Shown: positions 40,178 through 50,193 of the stretch, piece after piece
How the letters are laid out: the number at the start of each line of letters is the position of its first letter
Numbering within the stretch: position 1 is the stretch's first letter
Assembly (NCBI GenBank): GCA_963713865.1
Contig: OY970208.1
Coordinates: forward strand, 1,984,001 to 2,048,000
Length of the DNA: 64,000 bases
Direction: 5' to 3'
Source: an uncultured candidate division Zixibacteria bacterium
GTDB lineage: Bacteria; Zixibacteria; MSB-5A5; RBG-16-43-9
Position numbers and translations under genes: made by a program
Notes under the pieces: generated by a model
Told to the model about the DNA's origin: nothing
Databases searched by the model: none
What the model saw: the letters and a program-made list of their open reading frames with translations, nothing else

Positions 40178-41072
40178 ACTTCCCTATCCTTTCTTCATAC
40201 TCCCATCTTTTCAAGGTCTTACGGTTGTAATACCTTTTCATAAGATAAAGAAATACCAGCAAAATGGCAAGCCCCAGCCAGAGCAAACCGGTATCTCCTA
40301 AAAAAGCTAACCAGTTATATCTTTTTTTAATAAAACTTGAAAATTCATTTTGAAAACCCATATAACTTGAGCCGGTAGTCTTAATAAAAGCTAAATCTAA
40401 ACTTTCCCCCGATGCTAAATCATCTAAAAGTTTAAAAAAACTTTCTTTTCCATATTCATCTAAGAAATATGACAAGGCTAGATAGCTTTCTGTATAAGAC
40501 AGTAGAGCCTTGTTATCACTGAACTGGTTTAAATTCTCTATCTGGGACAAAGGAATAATTGAATTAGTAAAGACTGCTCTTACCACTAAAATATCCTGAC
40601 CTATCTGCCATTCTTTAGACTGGAGCATGGCAAACCCCTCCTCTATCCAGCGGGGAAGTATTGCACCACTTGATTTTTTATCTAAGAATATATGGGCTAA
40701 CTCATGTTCTAATACTTCTGAAAATGGTCGACCATATCTGAATTTAGCTGGTGATTTTAAAATTATGAGATTTTGACTGGAGACAGCCACTCCTATACCC
40801 CAGTCCGGAAAATCAGGACCTAACCTGGATTTGAAATCTTCTTCACTTTCTGCTACATAAATTGTCAAGGGCTGAGTAAGCGAATCCTCAATAAATAAAG
40901 AGATGTCATTATAGGCCTTTTTTGCTAAAACCTCAATTTCCTGTTTAAGTTTTGGATTTCTGGTATGAATATCAAACCTTGGAATTGACCAAATATCTTC
41001 TGGAATAAAACAAATCCAGAAAAGAACCAAAACCCAAATCCATCCTAATCCCAGCCTTGACTTCTTTTCCAT
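40143..41072 (-). CDS. Peptidase MA-like metallohydrolase with C-terminal TM helix
   Basis: HELAH (HExxH), LPRWIEEGFA. Confidence 0.8.
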   Translation of the reverse strand: MEKKSRLGLGWIWVLVLFWICFIPEDIWSIPRFDIHTRNPKLKQEIEVLAKKAYNDISLFIEDSLTQPLTIYVAESEEDFKSRLGPDFPDWGIGVAVSSQNLIILKSPAKFRYGRPFSEVLEHELAHIFLDKKSSGAILPRWIEEGFAMLQSKEWQIGQDILVVRAVFTNSIIPLSQIENLNQFSDNKALLSYTESYLALSYFLDEYGKESFFKLLDDLASGESLDLAFIKTTGSSYMGFQNEFSSFIKKRYNWLAFLGDTGLLWLGLAILLVFLYLMKRYYNRKTLKRWEYEERIGKYGYNEEDETPD

Positions 41073-43490
41073 TTATTTATTGATAAGTTTTTTCAGCAAA
41101 TCTTCGCCTTTCTTTTTCAAATCCTCTTTCAAATTCTCCTTCTGTTTTTTTAATTCTTCCTGAAACCTTTTCTCTGCCCCGGAGGTGCTGAGTGTAAATT
41201 TCGGACTTTTGACATTCCCTTCTATTTTGAAATCCAGAACCTTTCTTCCTTTCTCATCCTGAAAGAACTTATTTAGATCACCCAGATCCAGCTTACTGGA
41301 AAGCTCAGCCGAAAGGACAACAGATACCAGATAATCCAGACTTCCGTCTAAACCCACAGAACCGGTAGCCTTCCAGTCACCACTTTCGGATAAAGCTTCA
41401 AATTCCTCAAAAAATACTCTTCCATTATTAATCAGGAAAGAATTATTCAAAGTCTTTATCTTTTCTTCCTTAAATTCTTTTGTCTTAAGATAGGAGGAGA
41501 GTTGATTTAAAAGCTCCCAGTTCACCAGCTTGCCATCCGTAATCGTGCCTTTGCCCGAAGCTATCAAGGATTTAGTCATCTCTTCAGTAGTTCCCCCTTT
41601 TCCTGAAAAATTGGCTGTCAGATTAAGATTTCCAAAAAGATGGTCTTTGAAAAGAGCGAATCTGGACAGGAAATTATTGGCTTCGATCTTACTGGCACTG
41701 ACCTCTATATCAAACTGGGGATTATTAATATCCCTTAAATCATAAGTAGCATTACCACCCACTGAGCCATCATAGACATTTGCCACCACGTTCTCAATTT
41801 TAACCACTCTATCCTGAATTTCTAACTTCGCCACTAAGTTTTCCAATTCTACTTCGCGGAAAATCGCTTTTCTTACTTCTATCTGCCCAGAGGCATCTAT
41901 ATCCGGAAAAGGAGGTGCAGTTTTAACCTCTTTCTTCTCTCCGGTTTTAGCTTTTTGGCTTGCAGGTATAATCTCGTCTAAATTTAATAAAGGCGAGCTC
42001 AAGGTGAAACTCAAGAAGGGTTTTCGAGTCTCTCCCTTTTTTGCCATAAGTGACTGCAAGAGATTTTCTACTTTTCCTTTAAGACTCAAAGAGGATTTCC
42101 CTAAATTCAAACTGAGTTCACTTATATTCAAAATCCCTTTTGTAAATAAAATATCTCCGTTCAAATTATTCACCGGGACTGTAAGTGAAGGCGAGTTGAT
42201 TTCAATATCTCTCAAGTTGAATTTTCCAGATAAATCCAGTTGCTCAACTTTTTTAAACTTGCCAAAAGCTTTTATGTCTGCATCAACCGTGCCTGACAGG
42301 TTAGTCCCTTCAGGAAGTTTCTTAAGCTCTTTTACTATAGCCAGGTCAACTTTACTTTTCAGCTCAGCAGTAAGATTGGGGTCTGAAAAATTATCTATCA
42401 CTGCTTTAAACTCTAAAGGTGCATCACCCAATTTAGCATCTGAGGTAACGATACTCAATCTCTGATTATCAAAATCTATCTCCCCGGCAGGAAGAATAAA
42501 AGGTTTTGGAAACTTTGCAAAATCGATCTTCACATCCTGTAAGGTAACCATTCCCTCATAAGGAGGCAAAGTCTTTCCCTTGAGTTCCCCCTTTAGTGAG
42601 GATTTTACTCTCATCTTTCCTGAAGCTTTCAACTGGGATAAAGGCGAATCTTTACTTTTTGGAAAAGATTTTAACAGGTCTTGAATCGCTATATCTTTTG
42701 AAGATAGAACAATATCTGCTTTAGGATTAGTCCTTAAATTCTCTATTTTACCTTTTACCTCCAGGGAAACCTTAGCCAACTCTATTTTAATCTGTTCGAT
42801 ATTCAAAGAATCTCCCGGTAGATTAACTTTTAGATTATGCTGTAAGGAAAAGGAAAGTTCGGGTATCTGGCTTTTCAATCCCGGCAGGTTCAAATCTATT
42901 TTCTGGATAGAGAGTTTACCTTCAGACTTTCCATTTTCCATCTTGCTATCCATAACAAATTTCCCTTTTTGTTCAATTCCGCCCAGAAAAATCTTGCTTC
43001 CGTTAGAAAAATCATAATAAGTAAACTCACCCTCTTTTATCTGGACATTTTCAAATAGAATTAATGGCAAAGGACCCTCTCCACCTTTCAAAAGGTCAGC
43101 GATATTTAGAACCCTCTCTTTACTTTTTTCAATAAAAATCTCCGGCTTATCCAGGATTATCTTTTTTACCTCAATCCTTTTTTTCAATAAGGGCAGGAAT
43201 TTGACCCTGACTGAAAAGTTTTTAATTCTGAATAGATCTTCCTGCTCAAATCCAGGCAGATTGGAAATCTTAAGCCCTTTTATATCCACACCCAGACCTC
43301 TAAAGATGGATGGAGAGATATCTTCGATAACCACTTTGCGGTGTAAAGCTTCTTCCACCCGTGGCTGGATCATAGATATTAGCTTCTCTTTAGTAAAGAT
43401 AAGCCTTACGGCTAAAGAGGTGATTATTAAAAGAGCAATGATAATACCAATTACCCAGAGAACAATTTTCCAGCCTTTTTTGATTTTCAT
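41073..43490 (-). CDS. AsmA family protein
   Basis: N-terminal TM anchor, V.FLPLL...IEV..I.L..P, N..DL, repetitive beta-groove segments, C-terminal I.G....P.F; RBS GAGG before ATG 43490. Confidence 0.85.
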   Translation of the reverse strand: MKIKKGWKIVLWVIGIIIALLIITSLAVRLIFTKEKLISMIQPRVEEALHRKVVIEDISPSIFRGLGVDIKGLKISNLPGFEQEDLFRIKNFSVRVKFLPLLKKRIEVKKIILDKPEIFIEKSKERVLNIADLLKGGEGPLPLILFENVQIKEGEFTYYDFSNGSKIFLGGIEQKGKFVMDSKMENGKSEGKLSIQKIDLNLPGLKSQIPELSFSLQHNLKVNLPGDSLNIEQIKIELAKVSLEVKGKIENLRTNPKADIVLSSKDIAIQDLLKSFPKSKDSPLSQLKASGKMRVKSSLKGELKGKTLPPYEGMVTLQDVKIDFAKFPKPFILPAGEIDFDNQRLSIVTSDAKLGDAPLEFKAVIDNFSDPNLTAELKSKVDLAIVKELKKLPEGTNLSGTVDADIKAFGKFKKVEQLDLSGKFNLRDIEINSPSLTVPVNNLNGDILFTKGILNISELSLNLGKSSLSLKGKVENLLQSLMAKKGETRKPFLSFTLSSPLLNLDEIIPASQKAKTGEKKEVKTAPPFPDIDASGQIEVRKAIFREVELENLVAKLEIQDRVVKIENVVANVYDGSVGGNATYDLRDINNPQFDIEVSASKIEANNFLSRFALFKDHLFGNLNLTANFSGKGGTTEEMTKSLIASGKGTITDGKLVNWELLNQLSSYLKTKEFKEEKIKTLNNSFLINNGRVFFEEFEALSESGDWKATGSVGLDGSLDYLVSVVLSAELSSKLDLGDLNKFFQDEKGRKVLDFKIEGNVKSPKFTLSTSGAEKRFQEELKKQKENLKEDLKKKGEDLLKKLINK

Positions 43491-43521
43491 TTTATTACCT
43501 CTTATTTTCAGTTTTTTTTTC

Positions 43522-43592
43522 GTAGGGCAACCCTTTAGGAGTGCTTTTTTTCTGCAAGGCTGAAGTCTCAAGACCTTGAGGCCTTGCCCTAC
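43522..43592. repeat. GTAG-type REP doublet with nested 16-bp palindrome
   Basis: GTAGGGCAACCC..; GCAAGGCTGAAG[TCTCAAGACCTTGAGG]CCTTGCCCTAC. Confidence 0.75.
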
Positions 43593-43600
43593 CTATATTT

Positions 43601-44284
43601 CTATAAATTATAACTCTCGCCGATCTTGAGTATCTTCACTTTGGTCTTAGAGTCTTTTAGTTTATTGGCAAATATTTCCGGGTTTTGTTTAATGATATCA
43701 AAAGTATCAAAATGCATTGGAATAACCACTTTCGGATTTAGAAACTCTGTTGCCTTTACTGCATCCTCAATCCCCATTGTGAAATTATCCCCAATCGGAA
43801 TCAATGCTAAATCTAACTTATTCATCTCCCCTATCAATTTCATATCCGAAAAAAGTCCGGTATCCCCGGAATGATACACAATCTTTCCTGCAAAATTAAC
43901 CACGAATCCGCAAGGGTTGCCGGTATAGGTAATATCCTCATCTATTACTGCTGAGCCATGGTGAGCTATGGTCAGTTTAACCCGGCCGAAATTAAAATCC
44001 CGGCTTCCCCCGATATGCATAGGATGAACGTTAGCACCTTTTTTCTGGCAGTACATTGCCAGCTCAAACGGAGCAATAACCAAAGCATTATTCTTTTTAG
44101 CAATAGCTAATGCATCTCCTAAATGGTCACCGTGCCCGTGCGATAAAAGTATCGCTTCAACTTTGATCTCTTCTGGGCTTATTTTTGCTAAAGGATTTCC
44201 AGAAATAAAAGGATCAAAAATAATCTTATGCTCCTCATCCTCTAAAGTAAAACAAGAGTGCCCTAAATAAGTTAATTTGACCAT
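43601..44284 (-). CDS. UPF0173 metal-dependent hydrolase (MBL fold)
   Basis: YLGHS, DPFISGNP, SHGHGDHLGD, YHSGDTGLFSDM, PIGDNFTMG, IPMH. Confidence 0.9.
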   Translation of the reverse strand: MVKLTYLGHSCFTLEDEEHKIIFDPFISGNPLAKISPEEIKVEAILLSHGHGDHLGDALAIAKKNNALVIAPFELAMYCQKKGANVHPMHIGGSRDFNFGRVKLTIAHHGSAVIDEDITYTGNPCGFVVNFAGKIVYHSGDTGLFSDMKLIGEMNKLDLALIPIGDNFTMGIEDAVKATEFLNPKVVIPMHFDTFDIIKQNPEIFANKLKDSKTKVKILKIGESYNL

Positions 44285-44378
44285 AACTCCTCCATTTTCA
44301 TTCAAAGGTTTTATTTCCCTTCAATTCAATTTAAAAACTGTCAAGTCTTTGTCAAGAAAAAAGCCAGTTTAAGAGAAC

Positions 44379-44450
44379 GTAGGGACAGAATCCGCCTGAG
44401 GTGGATTCTGTCCCTACAAAATTCCCGTCGGGCATAAAACCCGACGCTAC
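44379..44450. repeat. REP-like palindromes downstream of the kinase array
   Basis: GTAGGGACAGAA[TCCGCCTGAGGTGGA]TTCTGTCCCTAC; CGTCGGGCATAAAACCCGACGCTAC. Confidence 0.8.
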
Positions 44451-44478
44451 TTTCTTTTCCCTATCTACTGTATGCTGT

Positions 44479-47418
44479 TTACTGTCTACTTTTCAGTTTT
44501 CTCAATCTTTCCTTAGCATCTGCAATTTCAGGTATCCCCGGGTCAGCATTCTTCCATATATCCAGAAACTCCTCATATTTCTCAATCGCCTTTTTGTTCC
44601 AGCCAGATTTCTCATAAGCCAAGCCTAAAAGATAATAAGCTTTTACTGCCCTGTAAGACCACACTCTGTCATCGTCATATCTTGAGAGTGCCTTTTCTAA
44701 TTCAGATACTGCCTCGTCAAGTCTGCCTCTTTTCAAGTAAATTTCCGCCAGATGAGAACGGAGATCAAAAGATGGAGTTGGTGAGTCCTTATACGCCCTT
44801 TCTAAATAGCTCAATGCCATGGTGGTATCTCCTTTGACTAACTCTATGTCGCTCAATGTCCACCAGTAAGAAGACATTAGCTTTGGATTCTTTTCCTCAA
44901 TATCCTTTTTCAAAGCTTTTGCTAATTCTTCAGCTTCAGCAATTTTTCCACTCTTAGTGAGAAGAAAAGCGTAACCATCCCTCCCGTACACGGGATCATT
45001 AGGTTTGGCTTTCTTGTATATTTCCATGCCCATTTCCATTTCCTTTGATGCTAAATCCATCTTTTTCTGCCTTTCATAGAGAAGAAATGCCTTATCGAAA
45101 TGTTTATAAGCATTCATGTCCCCGTCAAACTGTTCCATTCTGTCTGCTGCAATGCCATCGTCTAAAACCTTGAGGGCATCTTCGAACTTCCCCTGGTAAG
45201 AAGGAATCAATTCTAAATATACCCTTCCCATTGACCTCAAACGCTTCTCGCTGTTAGAACAAAGTGCCTGAAAACAGCTTTCAGCTTTAGTATAATCTTT
45301 CTTGAAAACATACATATCCCCCAGCATGTACTGAGACGTAAAGAAGTCGGGTTTTATCTCTAATGCTTTCTTGTAAGATTCTATCGCTTGGTCGAGCTTA
45401 CCATTCCAGGCAAATAACTCAGCTCTTGAATCGTAGGGATTTGGTTCATCCGGGGCTAATTCTATATATTTGTTTATAGCCCAGATAGATTTGTCAAAAT
45501 CTCCCATTTCATTGTAGGCATAGGCTAGAATGTTGTAAGCTAGTTTATAGAGAGGGTCTATCTGGATGGCTTTGCTGAGATAATAAACTGCTTCTTTGAA
45601 CTCGTGGAGATTATTATTATAAATTTGTCCTAATACATAAAATGCGTCTTTTTCATCAGGGTAACTTTCAACTATTTTTTTTAGTCCGTTTATTGCTTGA
45701 GAATAATCACCTGTTATATAGGCTCCAAAACCTTTAATATAAAGTTTTTCCTTCTGGGTTATCTTATCTGTGTATTTCGCAGCTTTGGTAATGAACTCTC
45801 TTGCTGCCCTATCATCACCTGCATATCGATTAATTACTGCCAGCCAATAATATGCCATAGCAAAGGTAGAATCAAACTCTAGAGCTTTCTTGAGACTTTT
45901 CTCTGCCTCTGCAAAGTAAAGTTTGTAACCGTAATCAACGCCTTCGAGAAAGTAACGATATGCTTCTTGCGAATGGGTCGTAACCTTAGCTACAGACGGT
46001 TCCTTCTCCTGCTGGGCTGAGACAGGAAGAGTAAAACCTTTTTTGATTTCAACGGTTAGCCTATCAACTAAAGAGAAGACATCTTGCTCCTTTTCTCCCG
46101 TGATTCGTTGAGATGCCTTTATTTCACCAGTTCCGACATCGACTAACTGGGTTGTTATTTCGATTCTTGGCTTAACTTGGAGTATACTCCCCAGAAGCAT
46201 CCATTTAACCCCGGCTTTTGTGGCAACCTGGGATGCCATATTCTTATCTATCCTCTTTTCTCCCTCTCTTCCCAAAAGCTTGAGAATATCGTATAATCTC
46301 TGGCTGGATACTACCTTGAGATATTGCGACTCGGATAAACCAGTAATTAACAGATTAGTAACAATTTCACCAAGCTTTTGCTTGTCCTCCGGATCAGCCA
46401 GATTATCAAAATACATTACTGCTAAGGAGTTCTCTTTAGCTACTGCACCTTTTTCCGGAGCTACCTCAAATTTGAAAGGTTTAAGAATCAAGAAAAGTAA
46501 AATCAGGATGAAAACCACTGAGGCAGGAATAACAATCGGCAAAAGTTTCTTCTTAGGCTTAGGAGTAATCACTTCTTTTGGAATTTGACCGGTTTTCATG
46601 TATTCCAAATTTTTCTTTTCGTGCCTTAAATCTGCAAGTAAATCATCTATATGCTGGTATCTTTCCTCTTTATCTTTGATTAATGCTTTGAAGACGATCC
46701 GCTCTAATTCAGAGGAAACCTGATTATTGTATCTGGCTACAGGCTGAGGCTCTTCGTTGATTATCGAGTAAACAATAGCGGCCTGATGTTCTCCTCCAAA
46801 AGGTAAATTTTTGGTCAAAAGCTCATACAATACTACACCAAAAGAGAAGATATCGCTTCTTGAATCGACTTCCTCACCTTGAGCCTGCTCAGGTGACATA
46901 TAAGCTAAAGTCCCTAAGGTTGAGCGTGTCTTGGTCAGCTTGGTTGCTCCTTTCAGCTTTGCCAGTCCAAAATCCATTATCTTAACCTGACCTCGAGGAG
47001 TAAGCATTATGTTATCCGACTTGATATCCCGGTGCACAATCCCCTTCTCATGAGCCATAGCTAACCCTTCACATATCTGTATCCCGATATCCAGAACCTT
47101 TCTTATGGAGAGAGTTTCTTTCTCAATTACCTGCTTCAAAGTCCTGCCCTCACAGTATTCCATAACTATAAACATCTGCCCTTCAAATTCATCGATCTCG
47201 TAAATGGTAGTGATGTTAGGATGATTTAAAGCTGAAGCGGCTTTGGCTTCGTGGATAAACCTTTCCTTCTCAACAGCATCAGCGGTCAGATGTTGGGGTA
47301 AAAACTTCAAAGCGACCAGTCGATCCAGTTTGGTGTCTTGGGTTTTATAAACTATTCCCATTCCACCTTCCCCTAACTTTTCCAGAATTCTATAATGTGA
47401 GATCGTCCGTCCAATCAT
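44479..47418 (-). CDS. Ser/Thr kinase - TM - TolB_N/FlgO-like - TPR protein (array gene K6)
   Basis: GEGGMG, ALK, HRDIKSDN, DFG, YMSPE; TM LLPIVIPASVVFILILLFLIL; SLAVMYFDN; many TPRs. Confidence 0.95.
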   Translation of the reverse strand: MIGRTISHYRILEKLGEGGMGIVYKTQDTKLDRLVALKFLPQHLTADAVEKERFIHEAKAASALNHPNITTIYEIDEFEGQMFIVMEYCEGRTLKQVIEKETLSIRKVLDIGIQICEGLAMAHEKGIVHRDIKSDNIMLTPRGQVKIMDFGLAKLKGATKLTKTRSTLGTLAYMSPEQAQGEEVDSRSDIFSFGVVLYELLTKNLPFGGEHQAAIVYSIINEEPQPVARYNNQVSSELERIVFKALIKDKEERYQHIDDLLADLRHEKKNLEYMKTGQIPKEVITPKPKKKLLPIVIPASVVFILILLFLILKPFKFEVAPEKGAVAKENSLAVMYFDNLADPEDKQKLGEIVTNLLITGLSESQYLKVVSSQRLYDILKLLGREGEKRIDKNMASQVATKAGVKWMLLGSILQVKPRIEITTQLVDVGTGEIKASQRITGEKEQDVFSLVDRLTVEIKKGFTLPVSAQQEKEPSVAKVTTHSQEAYRYFLEGVDYGYKLYFAEAEKSLKKALEFDSTFAMAYYWLAVINRYAGDDRAAREFITKAAKYTDKITQKEKLYIKGFGAYITGDYSQAINGLKKIVESYPDEKDAFYVLGQIYNNNLHEFKEAVYYLSKAIQIDPLYKLAYNILAYAYNEMGDFDKSIWAINKYIELAPDEPNPYDSRAELFAWNGKLDQAIESYKKALEIKPDFFTSQYMLGDMYVFKKDYTKAESCFQALCSNSEKRLRSMGRVYLELIPSYQGKFEDALKVLDDGIAADRMEQFDGDMNAYKHFDKAFLLYERQKKMDLASKEMEMGMEIYKKAKPNDPVYGRDGYAFLLTKSGKIAEAEELAKALKKDIEEKNPKLMSSYWWTLSDIELVKGDTTMALSYLERAYKDSPTPSFDLRSHLAEIYLKRGRLDEAVSELEKALSRYDDDRVWSYRAVKAYYLLGLAYEKSGWNKKAIEKYEEFLDIWKNADPGIPEIADAKERLRKLKSRQ

Positions 47419-47567
47419 AGATCACACCTCCCGCTTTCGCTTCGCTTCAGCGGGATCCTCAAATTCGCAACCACTCGTTGAAAAAAGACTCGTGGGCGAA
47501 TTTGGGACATCCCACCCTCACCCAGCTTTTCTAAAATCTTGTAATGAGATATTGTTTTTCCAATCAT
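47415..47567 (-). pseudogene. Abortive kinase 5' fragment interrupted by a 79-bp palindromic element
   Basis: Reads MIGKTISHYKILEKLGEGGM, then insert 47507-47429, then GGT GTG ATC TAT (GVIY); the 50-aa ORF's TGA overlaps the K6 ATG. Confidence 0.85.
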
Positions 47568-47611
47568 GATATTATTGTTTCATTTGTTCATTGTTCCATT
47601 GATTCAATCCC

Positions 47612-50188
47612 TTATCCTTTCGGCTTCAAAAGCTCCTTAAACGGCGGGTAATCCCACAACGATTCAAAGTCAACATCTGTATGGAGATCGATACTATAGG
47701 AGCGTCCTTGCAAAAAGCTCTCCTTCAGAAGGGCTATCGCCTGATCCTTGTCCCCCAGAATTGCTGCAATACATGCACGGTTATAAGTATACCCACCAAA
47801 AAGATATGGCTTCTTCAGGTTTTTGAGCCATTCAGAGACTCTCAGCGCTTTTTCTTTATCCCCTTGCCGAGCTGCTATAAGACCAAGCCACCCTTGATAA
47901 TCAATGTTGTCAGGCGAATCCTTGGCAAGTTCCTCGAAAATGCTCTTTGCCTCCTCCCATCGCCGAGCATCATACAGCGTAAGGGCATAGGCGTTGCGAA
48001 GGAGGGAATCCATCTCTTCAGCCGGCCTGCTTTTATACCATTGAACTGACTGGTCAAAAATCGTCATGGCAGCGTCTGCATACCCGTGAGCGCGCAATTC
48101 CTCTCCAGCACCTCTCATGGTACCTCCGGGAGTACCCGTGGCAATCCCGGGTTTGGTAAGGGTCAGACTTTCTTCAATAAGTTTTTTGACCTCCTCGATC
48201 TTCCCCAGGGCAGCAAGTGCCCGGATTTCGTAGTTCAAGGCACTCAGGGATGTCGGGAATCTTTTGCGAGCCTGTTTTGCGATTTCGAGTTCCTTTTTGT
48301 GCTCCCCCAGAAGGTGGTATGAGGCAGTGAAGAAACCCCAATAGAAGAGCCAGACTTGTTCCTGGTCAGCCATCTTGAACGCCTCAACGGCTTCTTTGGG
48401 GCGATTTACCAGAAATGCGTCCAAGCCCCACTCATAAGCATAGAAAGGTCCAGGCGCGATCTTGGCTGCTTCTCGCACAGCATTCAAGCATTTCATCCTA
48501 TCACCTGAAACCCAACCGCTTTCCTCGTCCAACCCCAATTGCTGAAGAGGAGTGAGTTGAGCACGGCGCAGATTAAGAAATCGCACCAGGGAATCTGCCT
48601 GTGCCAATTGCCCGAGGTTTATGTATGCAGCACACGCGTCGGTCAACGGAAAAAAGAACGATGTGTCTATAGTGTAAGCCCGCTTGAAGTATTCGAGTGC
48701 TCCCTGATAGTCGAACTGTTTTGAAAAGAGGTCCAATCCCTGGACGTACTGTTGGTATGCATCGTACTTAGGAGGCTTTGATACCTGCGTAGCCCATCCT
48801 TCCAGCCGTTTATCCAGCACAAGGGCAAGGGCGCCCAGCACCCGCTGGCGCACAGATTCAACTCCGTCCATGGTTTTTCTGGCTTCAGAGGTTACCGGTT
48901 CAATCGCCGTAAGAAGCTTTTCATTAGCATCCATTACCTTCGCTTGAAACTCGATAGTATCACCTAACTTGTAATAGGAACCAATCACAATCATGCTTGC
49001 ACCAGTTGCCTTGGCAATTGAGCGGACACTCTTGAGTTTTTCAAGTTCAGGCACTTTTTCTGGCGGAACAACTTCAGCTAAACCTGTCTGCAGAAGACTC
49101 TGGGTAGTCCAATCTGCAATCATCCGTCCAAGAGAATTAAGCGACGGGTCTCCGGTTTGGTTCTGGAACGGCACGACAACCACCCGCTTGGCAACCTGTT
49201 TTGAGACTTTAAATGGCTGCAGGAAAAAAATCACAACAACTGACCCGATAACCAAAACCGCTAATCCAACCAGCCATATCAGGTTTTTTCGGAAAAAGCT
49301 CGGTTGAGAAATGATTTTTGGCTCTGTCGGCAACGGTTGACTCACAATTGCTTCCGGCACACGGTGCACGCGTGAAGTATCTTTCTTCAGCCTGCGCAGC
49401 TCGATGACCACGTCCGCCATCGATTGGTATCTATCGTCCGGAGTCTTCTCCAGCAAACGATTGAGAATGTGAATTAGGTCTGAGGATGTATCCGGCAGAT
49501 ATTTCTGAATCGGTTCAGGGTCCTCATTCACAATCGAATACATCATCGCCGCCTCGTGCTCTCCCTTAAAGGGCAATTGTCCGGTGAGCATCTCGTAAAG
49601 GACAATGCCAAAGGAGAAAATATCAGACCTGGCATCTATCTCACCTCCCTGGATCTGTTCAGGTGCCATATAGGCAAGGGTCCCAACTGTGCTGGAGGTT
49701 TTCGTAAGTTTAAGAGAACCTTTTAGCTTTGCCAGGCCGAAATCCATCACCTTGACCTGGTTCTTGGAGTTGATCATTATATTATCAGATTTAATATCCC
49801 GATGGACTATTCCCTGACTGTGTGCCTCCTTTAACGCCTCCCCAATCTGGATGGCATAGGTTATTGCTTCGTTCACTGAAAGAGCTTTGCTCTCAAATTT
49901 CTTTCTTAAAGTCACACCGTCCACATATTCCATAACGATGAACTGCTGTCCTTTTTCCTCCTGAATATCATGGATTACACAGACGTTAGGATGATTTAAA
50001 GCTGAGGCTGATTTCGCCTCCTGTAAAAAGCGGGCTTTTTCAGCTTCGCTGGCTACGAGTTGAGGCGGGAGAAACTTCAGGGCTAAAAGCCGGTCAAGCT
50101 TAATATCCTGGGCTTTATAAACCACCCCCATCCCACCTTCACCCAGCTTCTCCAGGATTTTGTAATGTGAGATAGTTTTACCGATCAT
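47612..50188 (-). CDS. Ser/Thr kinase - TM - TolB_N-like - TPR protein (K5)
   Basis: Kinase motifs (YMAPE), TM LIWLVGLAVLVIGSVVVIFFL, VVVVPFQNQTGD, TPRs, C-terminal D.DFESLWDYPPF. Confidence 0.95.
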   Translation of the reverse strand: MIGKTISHYKILEKLGEGGMGVVYKAQDIKLDRLLALKFLPPQLVASEAEKARFLQEAKSASALNHPNVCVIHDIQEEKGQQFIVMEYVDGVTLRKKFESKALSVNEAITYAIQIGEALKEAHSQGIVHRDIKSDNIMINSKNQVKVMDFGLAKLKGSLKLTKTSSTVGTLAYMAPEQIQGGEIDARSDIFSFGIVLYEMLTGQLPFKGEHEAAMMYSIVNEDPEPIQKYLPDTSSDLIHILNRLLEKTPDDRYQSMADVVIELRRLKKDTSRVHRVPEAIVSQPLPTEPKIISQPSFFRKNLIWLVGLAVLVIGSVVVIFFLQPFKVSKQVAKRVVVVPFQNQTGDPSLNSLGRMIADWTTQSLLQTGLAEVVPPEKVPELEKLKSVRSIAKATGASMIVIGSYYKLGDTIEFQAKVMDANEKLLTAIEPVTSEARKTMDGVESVRQRVLGALALVLDKRLEGWATQVSKPPKYDAYQQYVQGLDLFSKQFDYQGALEYFKRAYTIDTSFFFPLTDACAAYINLGQLAQADSLVRFLNLRRAQLTPLQQLGLDEESGWVSGDRMKCLNAVREAAKIAPGPFYAYEWGLDAFLVNRPKEAVEAFKMADQEQVWLFYWGFFTASYHLLGEHKKELEIAKQARKRFPTSLSALNYEIRALAALGKIEEVKKLIEESLTLTKPGIATGTPGGTMRGAGEELRAHGYADAAMTIFDQSVQWYKSRPAEEMDSLLRNAYALTLYDARRWEEAKSIFEELAKDSPDNIDYQGWLGLIAARQGDKEKALRVSEWLKNLKKPYLFGGYTYNRACIAAILGDKDQAIALLKESFLQGRSYSIDLHTDVDFESLWDYPPFKELLKPKG

Positions 50189-50193
50189 CTTTT

